The notes under the pieces were generated by a model. The model had not been told where the DNA came from. It saw nothing but the letters and a program-made list of their open reading frames with translations, and did no database searches. 64,000 bases of DNA from Flavobacteriaceae bacterium (lineage in GTDB: Bacteria > Bacteroidota > Bacteroidia > Flavobacteriales > Flavobacteriaceae), in NCBI GenBank assembly GCA_018402385.1, contig JAGYJA010000005.1, forward strand, positions 1 to 64,000. Direction: 5' to 3'. This document shows, in pieces, positions 59,900 to 64,000 of this stretch. Both the position numbers and the translations under genes were made by a program. Numbering within the stretch: the stretch's first letter is position 1; every line of letters begins with the position of its first letter.

Positions 59900-60829
59900 T
59901 TAAGTGAACTTTTGTCTTTCAATCAAATAGGTGGTTAAAATCTTTGAAAAGCCTTCATTGATATCGGCTTCTACATACTTGATGCGGTATTGTGCGCATT
60001 TGAGCTTAAGTTCTTTGAAATAAGACGAAACGGCCTTTTCATAATTATCTTTTACCGTGTCAGGATATATATTAATAAAATCGCCGGTTTCCACGTCAAC
60101 AAACCTTCTGGGCTTGTTGTCATAATCAAAACTAAGCTCTTTACTTTTATCAATGGTGTGGAAAAGAATTACTTCGTGCTTGTTGTACTTCAAATGCTGT
60201 AATGCTTCAAAAAGCTTTTCCTCTTCCAGGCTGTCCTGAAACATATCTGAAAACAAAAACACGAGCGAACGACGTTTCATTTTTTCAGCAATGAGATGCA
60301 GAAATTGATAGGTTTCGGTTTTTTTGTCTTTTGATTTTGTGGTGACGGCTTCGTTGAGTTTGTCAAGTAACATCTGGTGATGGCGTTCACTTCCTTTTTC
60401 TGGTGCATAAAACTCATATTCATCAGAATAAATACTAAGACCCACGGCATCACGTTGCCTTTTGAGCAAGTTCATCACTGCAGCTGCGGCTAAAGCCGAA
60501 AATGCAATTTTATTTAAAGAATTGATATGGAATTCCTTTTTTTCAGGATAGTGCATCGAGGTGGAATTGTCCATGATGAGGTGGCAACGCAGGTTGGTTT
60601 CCTCTTCATACCGCTTGGTAAAAAGCTTGTCTGTTTTTGCATAAAGTTTCCAGTCGATGTGTTTTGTGCTTTCACCGGAATTATACACTTTATGTTCTGC
60701 AAATTCTGAAGAAAACCCGTGAAACGGACTCTTGTGCAAACCCGAAATAAACCCTTCCACCACTTGTGTGGCGAGGAGTTCCAGGTTTTTAAAGCCTGTT
60801 ATTTCGTTGATTTGACTTTGAATATCCAT
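59900..60829 (-). CDS. DUF58-domain protein (vWA-like, MoxR-associated family)
   Basis: SPFHGFSSEFAEHKVYNSGESTKHIDWK typical DUF58 N-terminal motif. Confidence 0.7.
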   Translation of the reverse strand: MDIQSQINEITGFKNLELLATQVVEGFISGLHKSPFHGFSSEFAEHKVYNSGESTKHIDWKLYAKTDKLFTKRYEEETNLRCHLIMDNSTSMHYPEKKEFHINSLNKIAFSALAAAAVMNLLKRQRDAVGLSIYSDEYEFYAPEKGSERHHQMLLDKLNEAVTTKSKDKKTETYQFLHLIAEKMKRRSLVFLFSDMFQDSLEEEKLFEALQHLKYNKHEVILFHTIDKSKELSFDYDNKPRRFVDVETGDFINIYPDTVKDNYEKAVSSYFKELKLKCAQYRIKYVEADINEGFSKILTTYLIERQKFT

Positions 60830-60854
60830 TTTATCAACCCTTCAAGGGTTATGT

Positions 60855-61400
60855 TTATTTTATTAGTTTGTCAACAATCCCATAATCCACAGATTCCTTG
60901 GCATCCATCCAATGATCGCGATTAAAATCCTTGAGGATTTTTTCCACTTTTTGACCGCAATTTTCAGCGAGTATTTTTGCGCTCAATTCTTTGGTTTTTA
61001 AAATTTCCTGAGCTGTGATTTCAATATCACTTGCAGGTCCGCGTGCACCGCCACTGGGTTGATGAATCATCACCCGGGCGTGAGGCTGGATAAAACGTTT
61101 TCCCTTGGTTCCTGCAGAGAGCAAAATCGAGCCCATGGAAGCGGCAAAACCGGTGCAAATGGTTGAAACATCACTTTTTAAGGATTTCATACAATCATAT
61201 ATGGCAAAACCTGATGTGACATAACCTCCCGGGCTATTGATATATAAATGAATGTCTTTTTTTTCGAGTGCATCGAGATACATTAGACGGTCAATCACAT
61301 GCTTGGCCGAATCATCATCTACCTGTCCCCAAAGAAAAACTTTTCTGTCTTCCAGTAATTTGGAGTCAATAATCTCCTGAACTTTATTTGGTTTACTCAT
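60855..61400 (-). CDS. clpP: ClpP-family serine peptidase (short N-terminus)
   Basis: Catalytic Ser (GFAASMGS), His (MIHQPSGG) and Asp (NRDHWM) are all present; 181 aa. Confidence 0.7.
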   Translation of the reverse strand: MSKPNKVQEIIDSKLLEDRKVFLWGQVDDDSAKHVIDRLMYLDALEKKDIHLYINSPGGYVTSGFAIYDCMKSLKSDVSTICTGFAASMGSILLSAGTKGKRFIQPHARVMIHQPSGGARGPASDIEITAQEILKTKELSAKILAENCGQKVEKILKDFNRDHWMDAKESVDYGIVDKLIK

Positions 61401-61479
61401 CGTTGTTTAAATTTTGACTAAAAATAAAAAAAGGTTTAACAACACGCTAAACCTTTTCAATTAATTTGTGATTTATTTA

Positions 61480-61797
61480 TTACAATAGTGCATCCAATGC
61501 TTCTGCATAGGTTGTTTTAGGAGCAACACCCACTTGGCGCCCCACAACTTCTCCGTTTTGGAAAACCAAAACTGTGGGGATGTTTCTCACACCAAATTTT
61601 GCAGCAAACTCCTGGTTTGCATCCACATCTACTTTGCCTACAACGGCCTTGCCTTCATAGTCATTGCTAATTTCATCGATGATGGGTCCCACCATTCTGC
61701 AAGGACCACACCAGGCCGCCCAAAAATCTACCATTACTGGTTTATCACTTTTAAGCACCATTTCTTCAAACGTTGCATCTGTTATTTCTAATGCCAT
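61480..61797 (-). CDS. trxA: Thioredoxin
   Basis: WAAWCGPCRM active site; 105 aa. Confidence 0.9.
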   Translation of the reverse strand: MALEITDATFEEMVLKSDKPVMVDFWAAWCGPCRMVGPIIDEISNDYEGKAVVGKVDVDANQEFAAKFGVRNIPTVLVFQNGEVVGRQVGVAPKTTYAEALDALL

Positions 61798-61899
61798 AAT
61801 TTTTTGTTTTAATAGTTTACAAATTTAGTCAAAATAGTTCCCATAACTTACAAAATACAAATCAGTTTTGATTATGAATGCATTAATTAAAGTTATTTT

Positions 61900-64000
61900 T
61901 TAATTAAGCTTGTACAAAAAGCTTTCCTTGTCTAGAGCATCAAGAAGCTCTTGTGAAATTTGAACCTTTTGTTTTCTACTACTCAATTGTAATTGAATGT
62001 TTTCTTCTGGCTCAAAAAAATAGAAATCAAGGGAATGTTTTCCCTTATGAGATTTCAATAAGTTTTTCAACGCTTCAACTTGTGCGTCGAGAACTTCATC
62101 CATCTTAAGCTGAATGGTAAGTCTCTTGGAATTGTTTTCTAAAATATCTTGTAGCAACTGAATGGATGTAAATTGAATACGTGTATCTGTTTTTTCACCG
62201 GTATTTTTATTGACCCACCCTTCTTTGGTAAAAACCCTGCAGAATAAAAATCCGTTGGGAATAAGAAAATGACGAAATTTGAGATACTCCTCACCAAAAA
62301 TTCTGAATTCAAAAGAATCACTATAATCTTCTATGATAAAGGAAGCCCAGCCTTTCCCATTTTTGGAAACGCGATGCTGTACCTCTGTGATGACCCCTCC
62401 AAAAATAAGTTCCTTGTTGATGAAGTTTTCTATATGATAAAAGTCCGCAATGCGGTTTCTGCAAAAGGTATTTATTTCGGTTTTAAAGTCGTCGAGTGGG
62501 TGCCCTGAAATATAGATGCCCACCACTTCTTTTTCCAATTTGAGCTTTTTCATAGTACCCCATTCTTCACAGGGAGGCACTTCCGGTTCCGGAATCTGGA
62601 CATCACTGGCTTCCCCAAACAAACTGATTTGTGAAGAGTTTTCATTCTCCTGAAACTTAGCGGCATAGCGCAACACTTTTTCAAGAAAAATAATACCATC
62701 GCCCTCATCGTGTAAATACTGTGCCCTGTGGGTGTCAAAACTGTCAAAGCCACCGGCCAAAGCAAGGTTTTCAAAGGCTTTTTTGTTTGCTGATCTTAAA
62801 TCGATGCGTTTTGCCAAATCAAAAACCGATTTGTATTTACCGTCTTTTCTATTCTCAACAATGGTTGCAACGGCATTGCCGCCCACACCTTTTACAGCAC
62901 CCATCCCAAACCTTACTGCACCCTGGTCATTGACTGTGAATTTGTAGAAGGATTCATTGACATCAGGACCCAATACTTCTAAGCCCATACGCTTACATTC
63001 TTCCATGAATTTTGTAACTTCCTTGATGTCATTCATGTTGTTTGACAGCACAGCCGCCATATATTCTGCGGGATAATTGGCCTTGAGATAGGCGGTTTGA
63101 TACCCAATCCACGCATAGCAGGTGGAATGTGACTTGTTGAAGGCATAACTGGCGAAGGCTTCCCAGTCTTTCCAGATTTTTTCCAGAGTATCCACAGGAT
63201 GCCCATTGGCATTTCCACCTTCCAGGAATTTGGGTTTCATCTTTTCCAGTACCGAAAAGATTTTTTTACCCATCGCTTTCCGCAAGACATCGGCATCACC
63301 TTTGGTAAAACCGGCAAGTTCTTGCGAAAGCAACATCACCTGCTCCTGATAAACCGTAATACCGTAGGTTTCCTTCAGGTATTTTTCCATGATGGGAAGG
63401 TCATAAGTGATTTCTTCCTCACCGTTTTTTCTTCGGATAAAACTGGGTATGTATTCTATGGGACCCGGCCGGTAAAGTGCATTCATCGCAATCAAATCTG
63501 CAAAAACCGTGGGTTTCAGGTCTTTCATGTATTTCTGCATTCCGGCAGATTCATACTGGAACGTAGCGACCGTTTCCCCACGTTGAAACAATTCATAGGT
63601 TTTTTCATCGTCAAGCGGAAACGTGTCCGGGTCAAGGTCGATGTTTCTTTTAATCTTCACCAGCTCAACTGCGTCCTTGATGATGGTCAGGTTTTTCAGT
63701 CCTAAAAAGTCCATTTTCAGGAGTCCGGCTTCTTCAACGACAGAGTTGTCAAACTGGGTGACATAGAGGTCGGAGTCTTTTGCGGTTGCCACCGGAACAT
63801 AGTTGGTGATATCACCGGGCGTAATAATCACACCACAGGCGTGGATTCCTGTATTTCTGACAGAACCCTCCAAAATCCGCGCCTGATTAATGGTCTGCGC
63901 CTGGAGGTTATCACCTTTTGATATGGTGATCAATTCATTAACTTTTTCAAGATCCTCAGCGCGGAAGGCTTTGCGGAGTTCACTTTCTGAATACCCAAAG
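61900..64000 (-). CDS. dnaE: DNA polymerase III alpha subunit, C-terminal portion (gene continues beyond window end)
   Basis: Finger/beta-binding/OB regions of DnaE (GHPVDTLEKIWKDWEAFASYAFNKSH...). The reading frame is open to coordinate 64000. Confidence 0.9.
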   Translation of the reverse strand, partial: FGYSESELRKAFRAEDLEKVNELITISKGDNLQAQTINQARILEGSVRNTGIHACGVIITPGDITNYVPVATAKDSDLYVTQFDNSVVEEAGLLKMDFLGLKNLTIIKDAVELVKIKRNIDLDPDTFPLDDEKTYELFQRGETVATFQYESAGMQKYMKDLKPTVFADLIAMNALYRPGPIEYIPSFIRRKNGEEEITYDLPIMEKYLKETYGITVYQEQVMLLSQELAGFTKGDADVLRKAMGKKIFSVLEKMKPKFLEGGNANGHPVDTLEKIWKDWEAFASYAFNKSHSTCYAWIGYQTAYLKANYPAEYMAAVLSNNMNDIKEVTKFMEECKRMGLEVLGPDVNESFYKFTVNDQGAVRFGMGAVKGVGGNAVATIVENRKDGKYKSVFDLAKRIDLRSANKKAFENLALAGGFDSFDTHRAQYLHDEGDGIIFLEKVLRYAAKFQENENSSQISLFGEASDVQIPEPEVPPCEEWGTMKKLKLEKEVVGIYISGHPLDDFKTEINTFCRNRIADFYHIENFINKELIFGGVITEVQHRVSKNGKGWASFIIEDYSDSFEFRIFGEEYLKFRHFLIPNGFLFCRVFTKEGWVNKNTGEKTDTRIQFTSIQLLQDILENNSKRLTIQLKMDEVLDAQVEALKNLLKSHKGKHSLDFYFFEPEENIQLQLSSRKQKVQISQELLDALDKESFLYKLN

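Overview
This 64-kb window looks like a Flavobacteriia (Bacteroidota) chromosome segment. Supporting signs are a GldD-like gliding lipoprotein, a T9SS C-terminal sorting domain, SusC-like TonB receptors, and TAnnTTTG -7 promoter boxes. GC content is low (high-30s %). Most of the window is housekeeping: ahcY, rpmA/rplU, ssb, mutY, recX, ruvC, atpDC, trxA, dnaE (3' part), an M16 peptidase pair, hemW, and a complete mrpABCDEFG Na+/H+ antiporter operon beside a flotillin/NfeD pair. At the 5' end, a TonB receptor is controlled by a TPP riboswitch with an attenuator, next to an overlapping ykoF-like/pnuC/NRK/DUF4301/arfB vitamin-salvage operon. Four housekeeping genes carry 1-nt frameshifts, at least two of them in homopolymer runs. 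The accessory part is a ~9.1-kb AT-rich island (50449-59529) next to an intact tRNA-Asp and bounded by ~130-bp direct repeats of the tRNA 3' flank/terminator. It carries a truncated integrase, a tripartite HipB/HipS-like/HipT-like kinase module with palindromic operators, a DUF285 surface protein, and a candidate new four-gene nuclease/nucleotidase operon (NT5C-like deoxyribonucleotidase, PD-(D/E)xK+DUF2779 nuclease, two unknown genes). Also present are an inverted-repeat-flanked IVS-like four-helix-bundle pseudogene element and a MITE-like intergenic inverted repeat.
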